Shown here piece by piece: positions 25,153 to 36,809 of a stretch of DNA of 64,000 nucleotides. A model generated the notes under the pieces. That model saw only the letters and a list, made by a program, of their open reading frames with translations, had not been told where the DNA came from and ran no database searches. Each line of letters starts with the position of its first letter. The stretch's first letter is position 1. Source of the stretch: Dipteris shenzhenensis. Lineage: Eukaryota. The stretch lies in assembly GCA_047967505.1 (NCBI GenBank), contig CM106538.1, one strand, 5' to 3'. The translations under genes were made by a program, and so were the position numbers.

Positions 25153-25422
25153 TGAGAATTTAGTAACGAACGTGTCTTCTTCATGAGTATGGGTGGAGCC
25201 TCCGCTTCTGGGAAGCCAGGCCGCAGACGTTCCTGGCTCAACAAAGTGATGGTATTCTCCGGGCGAAGCGAACGCTGGTTTTGAAGAGGTGAAAGGACTG
25301 AAGGAACTCTGAGAAGGAAAATTGGGGGTGGCAGAAGCAATTGAAGCACCCCGACGTGCAGGCATAGAAATGCTCGTGAGGAAGTGCAAGCCACAACGGT
25401 CACCAGTTAAGATGTCGATCAT
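25153..25422 (-). CDS. E2F: E2F transcription factor, coding exon 1 (start ATG at 25422 or 25365)
   Basis: Encodes (MIDILTGDRCGLHFLTSIS)MPARRG...FTSSKPAFASPGEYHHF...EEDTFVTKFS, resembling the N-terminal F-x-S-x-K-P-x-F...Y-H-x-F motif of plant E2FA/B. Ends at donor TCA|GTATGT (phase 0), compatible with the phase-0 acceptor at 5082. Confidence 0.8.
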
Positions 25423-25429
25423 GACGCAA

Positions 25430-26150
25430 CTGTAGAACAGCGAAGGATAAAGGAGACGGAAAATGGGAATGTATTGAAGGGGAGGATGGAAACCAAAAAG
25501 GATGGGGAGGGTGAGAAAGGGGAGATGTCAAGGGGGAGAGGTAGGGATGAGGTTGACCTAAAGATACAATGAGCATTGTGAGTAAGGGGGTTGGGGAATT
25601 GTATTGGACAAAACAACACATGTGTTTTGAATGCAGAACTCGCGCCTCTTCTTCCCCCCAAAGTAGTTCTCACCTTAATTGCCCTTTTTACACCCTTTGC
25701 ATACACGACCAAAGACAATTGAAGACTCGCGTATATCCCCCACCTGCCTGGCTCTCACATCGGAGTGCTAATTTATGTCACCAACTTGTCATTGGTGTCG
25801 CGATTGGCGAAGATGGAACGGGCCAATCGTGCAGCGCGGCTGGAGGAGCTGGCCCTGGATTGGTTGGGCAGCCTTCTAGACATATCTTTTTGTGTCTGTG
25901 CCCAGGTTCCTCCCTCCTTTTGGACCAAGTAGCCCTTCACACCACCTTTTGGAGGATGGCCAGCGGATGTTTGTGAACCGAGACTACACAGGCGAGTTTC
26001 CCATTTCACGCCAGCTCCATCCTCGCCAATTAGAAATCCCTCCTACAAAACAACCTTTTCACACACATCTGTCCACCATGCTCCGAAAAAATATGCTAAC
26101 AAGTGAGTCACACCCCAACGTGAAACTAAAGGCGAGCAGTGTCGAATAAT
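25430..26150 (-). promoter_or_regulatory. Putative E2F 5'UTR intron (25430-25673), 5'UTR exon and CpG-retaining promoter with CCAAT boxes
   Basis: Pyrimidine tract plus TACAG acceptor just before the ATG; strong donor AAG|GTGAGA at 25673; CCAAT/ATTGG motifs near 25803, 25823, 25859 and 26026; CpG visibly more frequent than in flanking TE DNA. Confidence 0.5.
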
Positions 26151-27974
26151 GCTTCTCTAAGAATGGCGATGTGGTAAGTTTCCAGCAAGTGATTGGTCGA
26201 TAATATGCAGCAATTTCCCTGTCTAAGAATGGCTATGATAACCAAGCAATCCAACAAGGCAACCTTGTAATACTCATGTGCCTTGTCTAAGAATTACACT
26301 TGTAACATTTTCGAATTATACTTGTTTAAGAATGGTGGTGATAACCATGCACGCCAACATGGCAAGTGTCCAGCAATTGACTAGTCGATAATATGCAACA
26401 ATTTTCCTTACAATATGTAAGATTTTATATGCCTTGAATCGGATAAAGAGAAACTATGCATATTCTAAATGGCTCTTGGAGCCTTGGTGGAGTAATTCAA
26501 TGTGGAAACTATGCATGTATTGGCTAAAGGATTTCTCTCAACGTGGCCTGACATGGCATTCCAATCAAAAGCTTGAGGTTTTGGTTTTTGAGGAGCTTAG
26601 GCAGTGGTTGAAAATCTTTTTTAGGAGGTCATAGCTATGAATCCGGATTTGTAGGCTTCTAGTTTCCTCAATGAGAGTCAACTTGGGGAGCTGCATGGTC
26701 TCTTCTTCAATTGCCAAGCTCCTATTGCTAGTTGTTTGCATAAATTAGAGTGTCTTGACCTCCTCAGCTGAGTCATCAGACTTTGTCATGAGTCAAAAGT
26801 CCAATGTAAATGGCAAAATTCCTCCATGTCGGTGAGCATTTGCCATTTCGCATCTTAAGTCTATAAGTCTTTAGTGATACAAGTTTTGGGTCTTCATGAG
26901 CATCACCTAAACTTCGTCTTCTCCTATATTTCATGTGAAGGCTCAATTCGGGTTCTATCGTTGAATTGCATCACCATGCTAAGTTGGAAAATGCATAAAG
27001 TGTAAGAGAGAAGAAATAAGAAATTTGATAACTATATTAAATTATAAGAGAGAAGAAAAAAAATGTTTATGAATTTGCATAATTAGAATAAATAATTATT
27101 AGGAGAAAAATACTATATTCATCGCATTGTGAAGTTCTCAGACATTCTATGTGTTATTGAATCGAACATACAGAAGTACAAGATTTGAAAATACAAAGCT
27201 TGCCTTTAGCCTTGATTATCTAACTTCATACTTTATACTATAAATGCAAATTTTAGAAAAGTATTTGGGCCAATATCATCCGTTAGATGCTTATGATTGC
27301 ATGTACCTTTGCCTTACATATTATTAAGACTGCACAACCAAATAATAATATATTTTCTCATTCTCATGAAAAATTCCTCTATTCTCTATACTTTGAGATA
27401 TTGAGGAGAGCTAGAATGTATGGCCTTGTGTTTGATTAAACTTCCATTTTCATTAGGGTGGCACCTTGTAGATATGCCTTTGACCATATGCTTAATATAC
27501 ATGCTTAGCATGGAATATTCCTTTACTGGGCTAAATTTTTAAGAGAGTCTAGAGATGCCACTTTGTAAGGTTCCTATTCTTGAGTCTTTGCTGTCATCAT
27601 AAGCTCAAGTACAGCAATGGTTTCTTTAACATCCTTGAGAAATCCAACCTTACAATATCTCCTTTTGGGCTCCTATAAGAAAGCTTGTACTCTTGTGATT
27701 GTAATTGCATTCCCAATTAGTAAATTATGGATGAGACACTCTTCAAAAAACTCAAAGGAGAAGCCTCTATGATATGATTTTCTAGTTGAGCAATGCCCTG
27801 GGTCATATCATCAGTCTTTCTCACCTATGTAATGAGTTATGCAAAACTCTTACTAAGCTAAAACTACAAGGGGTGTGTGTGTGTATTAAGTCATAGAATA
27901 GCTTAATAACATTAACTAGAAATAATTTAGATATGGAGAATAAATACTTGAAGAACTCAAATTTAGTTTAATTT

Positions 27975-28110
27975 CAAATGTATCATTACAACCAAACCCC
28001 GTTAGGGTTACAAAAAATGAGTAAATAAGTGCTGAATCCGTCAAATGTATCATTACAACCAAACCCTGTTAGGGTTACAAAAAATGAGTAAATAAGTGTC
28101 AAATCCATCA
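27975..28110. repeat. ~67-bp tandem duplication
   Basis: TCAAATGTATCATTACAACCAAACCC...AATAAGTG occurs twice. Confidence 0.9.
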
Positions 28111-28427
28111 AGTAGTCCAGGCTCCAAGGTCACGGTCCACTTACTTGTTGCCACCATCCCATATGTTAGAACAATATAGCTTAATTTTGGTAGACATGTA
28201 ATGCATGTTTCCCCTAGCTTGTTATCACTTTACCTAGGAACAAGAACATCCCTCCGGATTCTAGAGTATAAAAGTATAATGATTTCACAAAGGAAAGCAC
28301 TGATAAATTATGCATTAACTCAGTTTTAGAGGAAATGTACCAATAGACTAAGGTTTCATTTAAAGAAAAAATTGATTAAAGAATAATTTAATCAAAAAGT
28401 TTGTGTGTGTAAACGCGCACGTGCATT

Positions 28428-28450
28428 AGAGAGGGAGAGAGAAAGAGAGA

Positions 28451-28504
<54 letters not shown>
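28428..28504. repeat. (GA)n microsatellite
   Basis: Direct inspection. Confidence 0.95.
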
Positions 28505-28506
<2 letters not shown>

Positions 28507-29439
28507 TTCATTTGTAAAAAGAGGTGTCTAGCACACCTCTAAAAAAAGGCTATTGATAAATTGATAAATAGAAATCTAGGAGCAAAGCACGAACTGAGAG
28601 AAAGAAACTCCATATGTCATGAGTAGCTCTTTTCATGTCTTGTCATATACTGTGTCCAAGCTGAGTAGTTGGCTGTAGGGTCCCATCATGTTCAAGATTT
28701 GGCATTAGTGTGCTTTAGTCATGTAATTGTGTGGACAATGTGATGTGGCCTTTGGCTACACATATTCTAAAATATGTAGAACACATGCTTTCAAGTAAAA
28801 CATGCTAAAGATGTATGATCATTATTAAAAAGTAGCACTCCAAGTGCTTGTAGATCCCACATGTCATCAAGGATGAGTTTGATTACATCTGAATGCCACC
28901 TCTACCTCAGTGTCTAATATGAAAGATTAATGAATGAACGTATTCTCATTGTGGCAAAGTCCCATTTTTCTTTAAAATATGTAGTGGATTTGCATTGTGC
29001 ATACATGTTGAATAAGCCTTCTTCCCTTCTACTCCTTTTTGAAAGTTGAGACAAGTGCAAAAGGAGTACATCACATGAAATGCACATTAGGGTTGGCCCT
29101 AATGTGCATTTCATGTGATATTTAATCCCTCCTTGATCCTGTTGTTTCAATCTCAAAAACTTCATGATGTAGTGGGTGAACTACGTTCTCTATCCATATT
29201 AAAGCATCTAAGGAAAGTGCATAGGTAAACCTTTGCTTAATTGTTCATGTAATTCAAATTCTCCACATTGGACAAGGTCCATTTTGCACATTAAAAACCC
29301 CTTATGTACGTATATTTTCAATGACTCCATAAACATATAAAACCCTTCTATTGATTGTATGTGCTATCTTACATATTTCTTAGGCATGGGCATCAGTAAC
29401 CTTCAAGCCATCTAGAGCTCCCCATAAGAACAAGCTCAA

Positions 29440-32400
29440 ACAAACTCTTCCTCTTTCCTCCACACCTCTTTCATTCTCCTACCCCTTCCATCACAAGTCC
29501 TCTTTTCATTCCCTCTATCTCCACCACCTCCCTTCCTCTGTCTTCCTCCCTCCACCATCACCACCCCCTTTCCTCTCTCTACCACTCCCATTCTCTCTCT
29601 ACCCCCCCTCCGTATCCATTCTCTCCCTACCACCCCATGTTTCCTCACCCCCCACACACTCTCTCTAAACACAACACTCTCTCTCTTCTCCCCCACACCC
29701 CCAGCACCCCACTCTCTCTAAGTCCCTCCACTCACTTTATTTCCCCCTTAGCCCTCCCTCTCTCTCACAGCCCCTCACTCTCTCTCTATCCCTCCCCTCC
29801 CCTCACCCCCCTCATTCCCACATTCTCTCTCTACCCCCTCACCACTCTCTAATACACTCACCCTCTATCTCTCTCCTTCCCCCCCTCATGCCCCACACTC
29901 TCTAAATTTTTCCCCTCTCCCAAAGATCCCCCCTCTCTCTAAAACTCCCCCCTGATGCCAACCCCCCTCGGTGGGCACATTGCCTTGGGCACAACACGCC
30001 GTCGGGGCTGGCTTCTGAAGCTTTTCTTATAGGTAGAGCCTACTCCATCAAGTTTTCTCTTAGCTTGTTTATCTTCAACATAGCTTCTTCCTTGCTTCTC
30101 CTCATCACAAGGTTCTTTGAACTTCACACCTCTAGCCAAGTACATTTGCCTTCTTTGCAAGGCCTCCTATGATTGTGTGACCCTCTCTTCATCAAGCTCC
30201 TACTTGCGCTATGTCTTTCACTGTCAATGCTATTATGCATAAGCATGAGAATCTCCTATTATTAAAATCGCCTACCTCAACTTCTTGCATTCTAGACTCC
30301 AATAAGATATTCCCATTCTTAGGCATTCCCATATGGGGTCTAAAACTCTTGAACTTTCCCTTTGTGTGTCAAGTTGTAGTCATGAGCTAATAGATCATTT
30401 TCATCTACCTCTATCTTTACCTATATTGTAAAATTCATTCTATACTTTTGTTGCCCTTAACTACTCATCAAAGCACCGAGAGTCTTATGCAATCAAGGAC
30501 TTACATTCCATGATGTTTGGCAGCTCTAGCTTCCTCTTGGCCATTGTGTATGGAAGGAGTGGTGAAGATGGTGGGTGGAAAGTGGGTGGTGGAGGTGGTG
30601 GTGGAGATGGGAGGGGAGGTGGTACAGATGGACAGAAAAAGAAGTGATGGTAGAGGGGAAAGAGATGGTGGAGGGGATGGAGATGGTGGAAGGTGGAGAT
30701 GGAGGAGGGTGTTGGAGGGGATGGGTGGAAAAAGGTGGAGTGGTAGTGGAAGGGATGGAATTGGTGGGAGGTGGAGGTGGACATGGTGGAGATGAGGGGG
30801 GTGGATAGGATGGACGGAAAAATGGTGGTTGTGGTGGTGGAGGTGGAGATGGTTGACAGAAGATGTGGGATGGAGGGGGAAAGCTTGACTGGAAAAATGG
30901 TGGTGGTGGTGGTGGTGGAGATGTTGATGGAAGGTGAAGGACATCAAGTGGAGGTGGATGGAAGGTGGGGGATGGAGGGAGGAGCTTGATAAAAAAAGTG
31001 GTGGTGGAGGTGTGGAGATGATGGACAGAAGGTGGAGGACAAAAAGTGGAGGTGAACGGAAAATATGTGGAACTTGGAGATGGAGGAGAGAGGGAAGTGG
31101 CTTGCAAAAGTGAGGGGAAAGAAATGAGAGCCAGGGGGGTTCTTTTATAGGATGTGGGGATTTAAAGGCTAAACTTTTTTATTAGTGGATTAATGTGGTC
31201 ATGTAAGTCAACAATGTAAATTGCCATCAATTTTGCATCAATTGGAAGCATTTTTGCACTCCTTTGCCTTGAGGGATATGTCTTGGATGGTTTTTTGAGG
31301 GGGAGTTCTTTTTCACACATGCAAACACGTGCTCCACTTTCCCTTCAGGCACTAACCTCCAGGCAACGATGCCAAAATGTTATCACTATCTCTTCATTTT
31401 TATTTTTCGTTGTGCTGTGGCAGCTCCAAAGGCAGTGCAGGATCGTCTCCAGGAAACCAGTAGAGCAACAATGACACTGGAGTGTATTGGTCTCCTATAG
31501 CTAAGTCGTTGCTTGTTGTAGCATAGGTGTTCACAAGCGTAGCATAGGTCCTTGAGTCATAGTCCAAAGAGAGGCCTATGTTGAAGCGTGGTGGAAAGCA
31601 GCTCTCGTACTCACTTAGTTGAGAAAGAGGGCTTGATCCCAATGATAGATGGAGGCTCTCGCCTCCAGAAGAGTCCAAGGGTTTAGAAGAAGGTTGTAGG
31701 GTTCAGAAGGGGGATAAATTTGAGAGAGCTAACTAGGAGCTCCAAGGTTCAAAGAGGGTTGCACGATTTAGGAGGAGACCAAGGTTGAGGAGTGGAGAGC
31801 TAGTCTCCACAACTTCAAGGGGTAAAGGATTGAGAAGGAGGATCAAGGGAGGAAGGAGGAGGAGGAAGAGCAGGGAGGAGGAGAAGGGCAAAGGAGGAGG
31901 AGGAGGGAGGAGGAGAAGGGAGGACAAGGAGGTGGAGGAGGGAGGAGGAGAAGAGGGGGGGGAATGGGAGATTGCAAGATTAGAGCATGCTATCACACAA
32001 TATTGTTGAGGGAGCATGGACCCTAGGACATCAAGCACATGAACACCATAGTGGACTTGAATAAGTGGACTTGAATACTGAACCCTAAAGAGTGGGAGAT
32101 TCATGCCATTAAGAGAGATTTATACATGTTGGTCTCTACACAATTCGTATAGGTACGTCCACAGTGGGACCTCTTGGACAAGAGTCCCTCCACTATTTGG
32201 GGGGACCCCTTGGGTCTCTACACTTTGTGGGGGAACCTCTTGAGTCCCTTCACTTTGTGGGGGAACCTCTTGAGCCCCTTCACTTTTTGGGGGGAACTCA
32301 AAAAGTGTAGGCTTTTATTATTTCTCTCTCTAGTTTTAGTATTTTCCTCTCTAGATCCTAATTTTGCAAGTATGGTTGGATCTCTTCTGGAGAGGATTTT

Positions 32401-33327
32401 GTCTCTTCTCCTCGTTTTTAGATTCATCATTCCTCTTTCAAGCCCAAGATATTAGAAACATAACTTTGTCGTTACTCTAGACACACAATGATCTCATCTT
32501 CGTCGCTCCAAACTATGCATTTGGACCTTGTTTCCATAGGGTTAACACCCTCCCCCCCCAAAAAAAAGGGGAGGCCACTTGGCATTTTAGTGGCTAAAAT
32601 GCCACATGGCATTTCAATTGTCGCCGAAGTACCATGTGGCCTCCTTTTTTTGGGGGACGGGGGGGTTGGGTGTGGGTGAGGGGGTGTTTTTTTAAATGAA
32701 AAGGGGGGGTTCTTAACTATGTGAGGGGGTGGGGTGTGTATTTTTCTTTGTTGAAGCTGGGGGGTGGGGAGGGGGTTCCTCACTAATGAAGGTTATAAGT
32801 GGTACTAGTAAATCATTTCTTGATCATTTCAATACTCCTTTCTTGGTAGTTTCTTGTCCCTCCCTCTCTCCTCCCCTCTCTTGGTAGTTTCTTGTCCCTC
32901 CCTCCCTCCCTCCCTCTCCTCTCCTTTGATCTTTTTGTCCCTCCCTCCCTCTCCTCTCCTTTCCTCTCCTCTCCTCTCCTCTTTTTCCCCCCTCCCTTCC
33001 CTCCTCTCCTTTTTTGTCCCTCCTTTCCTCTCCTTTCCTTCCTCTCCTCTCCTCTCTTCCTCTGCTCTCCTTTTTTCCCCTCCCTCCCTCTCCTCTCCTT
33101 TCCTTCCTCTCCTCTCCTCTCTTCCTCTGCTCTCCCTTTTCCCCTTTCCTCCCTCTCCTCTCCTCTTCTTTTTTATCCCTCCCTCTCTATTTCTCCTCTC
33201 CTCTCCTCTCCTTTTTCATCCCTCCCTCCCTCTCCTTTCTTGGTAGTTACTTGTCCCTCCTTCCCTCTTGTCAATGCTTGCTCAAGTAAGAGTTAGACTC
33301 CTCCCTCCCTCCCTCCCTCCCTCCCTC

Positions 33328-33372
<45 letters not shown>
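29440..33372. repeat. Cluster of polypyrimidine/polypurine low-complexity tracts (29440-29960, 30550-31130, 31830-31970, 32835-33372)
   Basis: Strand-asymmetric C/T or G/A tracts; source of spurious Pro/His/Ser-rich ORFs. Confidence 0.85.
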
Positions 33373-33376
<4 letters not shown>

Positions 33377-33869
33377 CTCGCTACATCATGGCTACCACTA
33401 TAACATTGTGCTCCCAAGTTGGATCTGGTTTTGTTATCTCTCTAAACAATGGGAAAGCCATCATCAACAACTCGTACTTGCAAACATTAGTAGGAGTAGA
33501 AGCAACATTTACAACATTGATGGCCGTGTAAGGTAATGGTCCAAATTGATGCATGGTGGAGGTAACCCCATGCCGTAATGTAGAAGATAGGGATTCTTAC
33601 ATTATTGAAGAGAGCATTTTGTTGTAGTATGAGGTAATATCCTGTGCACCTTGAGAACAACCCACTATATTCAAGCAAATTCTCCATGTGTGTTGTTCTA
33701 TATTCGTTTTGTTTAAATTTTCAAAAAAGATAACTTGTATTAATGTGCTGAAAAAAGATAATTTCTATCAATGTGATGAAAAAACCATAGCTTTCAAAAG
33801 GAGCTGAAGATGAAATACAAAGAAGGTTAGGTTGCCATCTATAATTCACTATTTTTGGATCTCACAGCT

Positions 33870-35720
33870 CACCGCCTAGAGAGATTCCAAAATAGGAGCT
33901 AGGAACCACGGCGGTGGTCTGTACGTTTGCGAACACCCCTTGTGGAAAGGGTGTAGAAGGTTCCTACTGGACATGTCTGGAAGAAACGTTCCCACCTTTG
34001 GCGGTTGCTCTCAAACCTAGAGTACTACGCTCTCAAATGGCATGAAAAGTAAATATGATATCTGAGCAGATGGCAGCAAGTAGGGTAGCCATTGGAGAAA
34101 TCCTTTGGCCTCCCATTGCTTGGCTGCACCGAGCGACCCAGATGTTTTAGGCAGTAATGTTGGATACTGTCTCCCACACACTATCCTCCAGTAGAGAGGG
34201 TGGGCATGAATGGGCAAGCTGAAGTACATCATGGGTCTCTATCAGGAGACCTGCTATCCATGTATCTTGTATGCCAGTGAGACATGATCAATCATGAAGG
34301 CATCGATGAGCTAGGCTGCATCCCCAGGTGAAGTTTCTGCTCATCCTCTATGTGTTGGCCACCACGATCCTAAGGGAAGCCAACCAAATCGAATGTGCAA
34401 CCTGATATCCCCATAGACAATGGGGGATTATCTTGAAAAAAACCTTTGTGCAGCCAATGCATTTGCCATCTACTTGCTTTTGCTCCAGCTAGGGGCAAAT
34501 GGGTAGCTCTCTATAAGCTAGCAACTAGGAGAAATATGAAATCTTATGCAAGTGCAAGCTCATCCAAAGATGAGGCTAGAGGCGGGAAATAACCTCTCTC
34601 AGGACATCTTGCTCAAGCTAATGTTGTTCCCTTAAGTGAGACCATGTTGCTCCCTCAAGTTGCAGGTGTTGTCACCCAATACGAGTCATGTAAGACGAGA
34701 AGGGGACCTCCTCCACCTTGTCCTGGATCCACTGAATGTCGCATAAGGGTTCGCCCTCCCAAATCCATAAGCACCACACTAATCCCTCTGGGGTCGATAG
34801 AACTATGGTGGGATCAATATACCATGTCCTACCTAGGCGGCCCACAACCCTGAACCTCTGCCATTCTAGCTCCTCCAAGCCTACCCTAGCTCATCCTCTT
34901 ACTCTGTCTCTAACTGCAGCGAGCCTCCAGGCCCCACCCTATAAAAACGCGACTGACAAAATCCGAGTGTCTCATGAAAGAAGTGTATAGCAGTACTCAG
35001 ATCTGCTGCGAGAACTAGCCTGACCCCAATAGTGGGGGGTCAAGGACTCCGTAAAATCTCCCACCATGAATCCAGGTTTGCTGCCTCAATCTCCAACATC
35101 CTAATACAAGGTGAGAGAGCCTCAGACCTCCATCTCTCTGGGCAGCCGCAGCTGCCCCAAAGGATCGAGTTGATCTACTGTCTCATTGTGCCCAGCCAAT
35201 GTGGGTCCATTGGCCTAGCATGCATGCCTCTGAATCTCTAACCTGCCAAATCAATGGTGGTTGTCACTCAAAATCCTCTTTATAAGAAGGCCTAGCACAA
35301 ACGAGTCCTCTTGCCAATCACTACCAAACTCTATAGAGACTCATTAGCATAGAACCCTTCCATCAAGGGAGCCTCGGAGAAGATCCACCTATAGGACTCC
35401 TGCCACTAACCTCCTATGCAAGGAGTGTTACCAAGAAGCCCCATTTGGAGGAGGAGCTTCCAAGTTTCAATTCCTTGGGTGAGGCCTCTCACCTATAGCT
35501 TGCCCAAGAGGGCTTTGCTCTGCATCTCTGGATCTATGATGCCTAGTCCACCCTGTACCTGAGGTAAAATCAAAGTCTGCCAGGCCACTCTTGCTCTAGT
35601 TTTGGGTGTTCCATCTAAGCTAGACCAAAGGAAATTCCATACCAAGTGTCACAGCTATCCCATGCAGCCCTGATGGAAACACCCATAAGAAGCGATATAC
35701 AAGGTTGTGGTAAGAAAGAG
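33870..35720 (-). mobile_element. L1 LINE 3' remnant (post-RT region)
   Basis: Minus strand reads RYRFL...ARVAWQTLILPQVQGGLGIID (typical plant L1 ORF2 W...P...GGLG motif), followed by decayed Trp-rich text. Confidence 0.75.
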
Positions 35721-36809
35721 TTAGGCGGAGCTCCAATACAATAGCTTGTGCCAAACGATCTCTAGGACTAGTTGCAAAAAATAGTGATAGAGAAGAAGAT
35801 CTAGACGACGATTCCGAAGAGAAAAAAGATGACTTAGACAAAGAAGATGACTCAGACAAAGAATCTGAAGCAAGAGAACAAGACTCAAATAAAAGATCCA
35901 AAGAAGAGAAAACAGTTTTAAAAAAAAGATCCGAAGCAAAAGAAACAAATTTAGACAAAAAATCAAAGGAAGAGAACAAACTAAATCTGGATGTAGAATT
36001 TGACCAAGGTGAAGAGAATCAAGATTTTCATACCCTACCAAATATTTTAAGGAGCGAGAATACAAATTCACCACTACTATAAGAAAATAATACAACGTCT
36101 GTGCTCAACAGATAACAGGATCTCGTACATAAGAGAGAAAACAAGATAGTATGGAGAATCAAAGATTTGATTACTGTAGAACTGATACAATAGATGGTGC
36201 TGCCTCTCAACTATGCACTCCTGTGAAAGAAGCTTCGATGGCATGCTGGAAACAATAGAAGATAGAGGCTGGAAGCTAAGGAATCAGGGTTGCTATAGCC
36301 AGTGATGAAATGGGCTTCACGAGCTTGCTCTTATATAGCCACCAGTTGTAGTCAGTTAGGCTCAATTGGTTGGGTGATCGACCTAGTCCACCCAAAATGG
36401 TCGACTGGGGGTCGGTCTCGAAATAGGCTACCGACTATAGGATAGAACCGGTGCGCAAAACATAGCAACTAACCTACGGTCTCCTTTTAGAGCCATTTGG
36501 GATCATCTGAGGCTCCAAACGAGCCCCGCAACCCAAGAGTGGGCTGCCCCGGGGAATGCTCTGTCTACCCTCAGTGCGGTCAGTCATAGGATGCCTTCTC
36601 AAACTTGCATATAGCCTAGTTGGCAGTGTGCCAACTCTATCTGAAGCCATCCAGCCATCAGGCCACACATGGCCCCCATCTGGTGTCCAAACCAGGACCT
36701 ACTGGATAATTGAGCTACTCAAATCTCCTCATATGGGGGGCTTACAAGTAGAGTTAGCTGGTTCCTGCGTATGGAGCATTGATATCTAACACCCTCCCTC
36801 AATGTCCAC

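Noticed and set aside
32205-32300. CRISPR-like short repeats (CACTTTGTGGGGGAACC...)
   Set aside because: A ~30-bp tandem minisatellite without unique spacers or cas genes, in eukaryotic DNA.
30485-33531. His/Pro/Ser/Leu-rich ORFs
   Set aside because: Low-complexity tracts with no domain signature.
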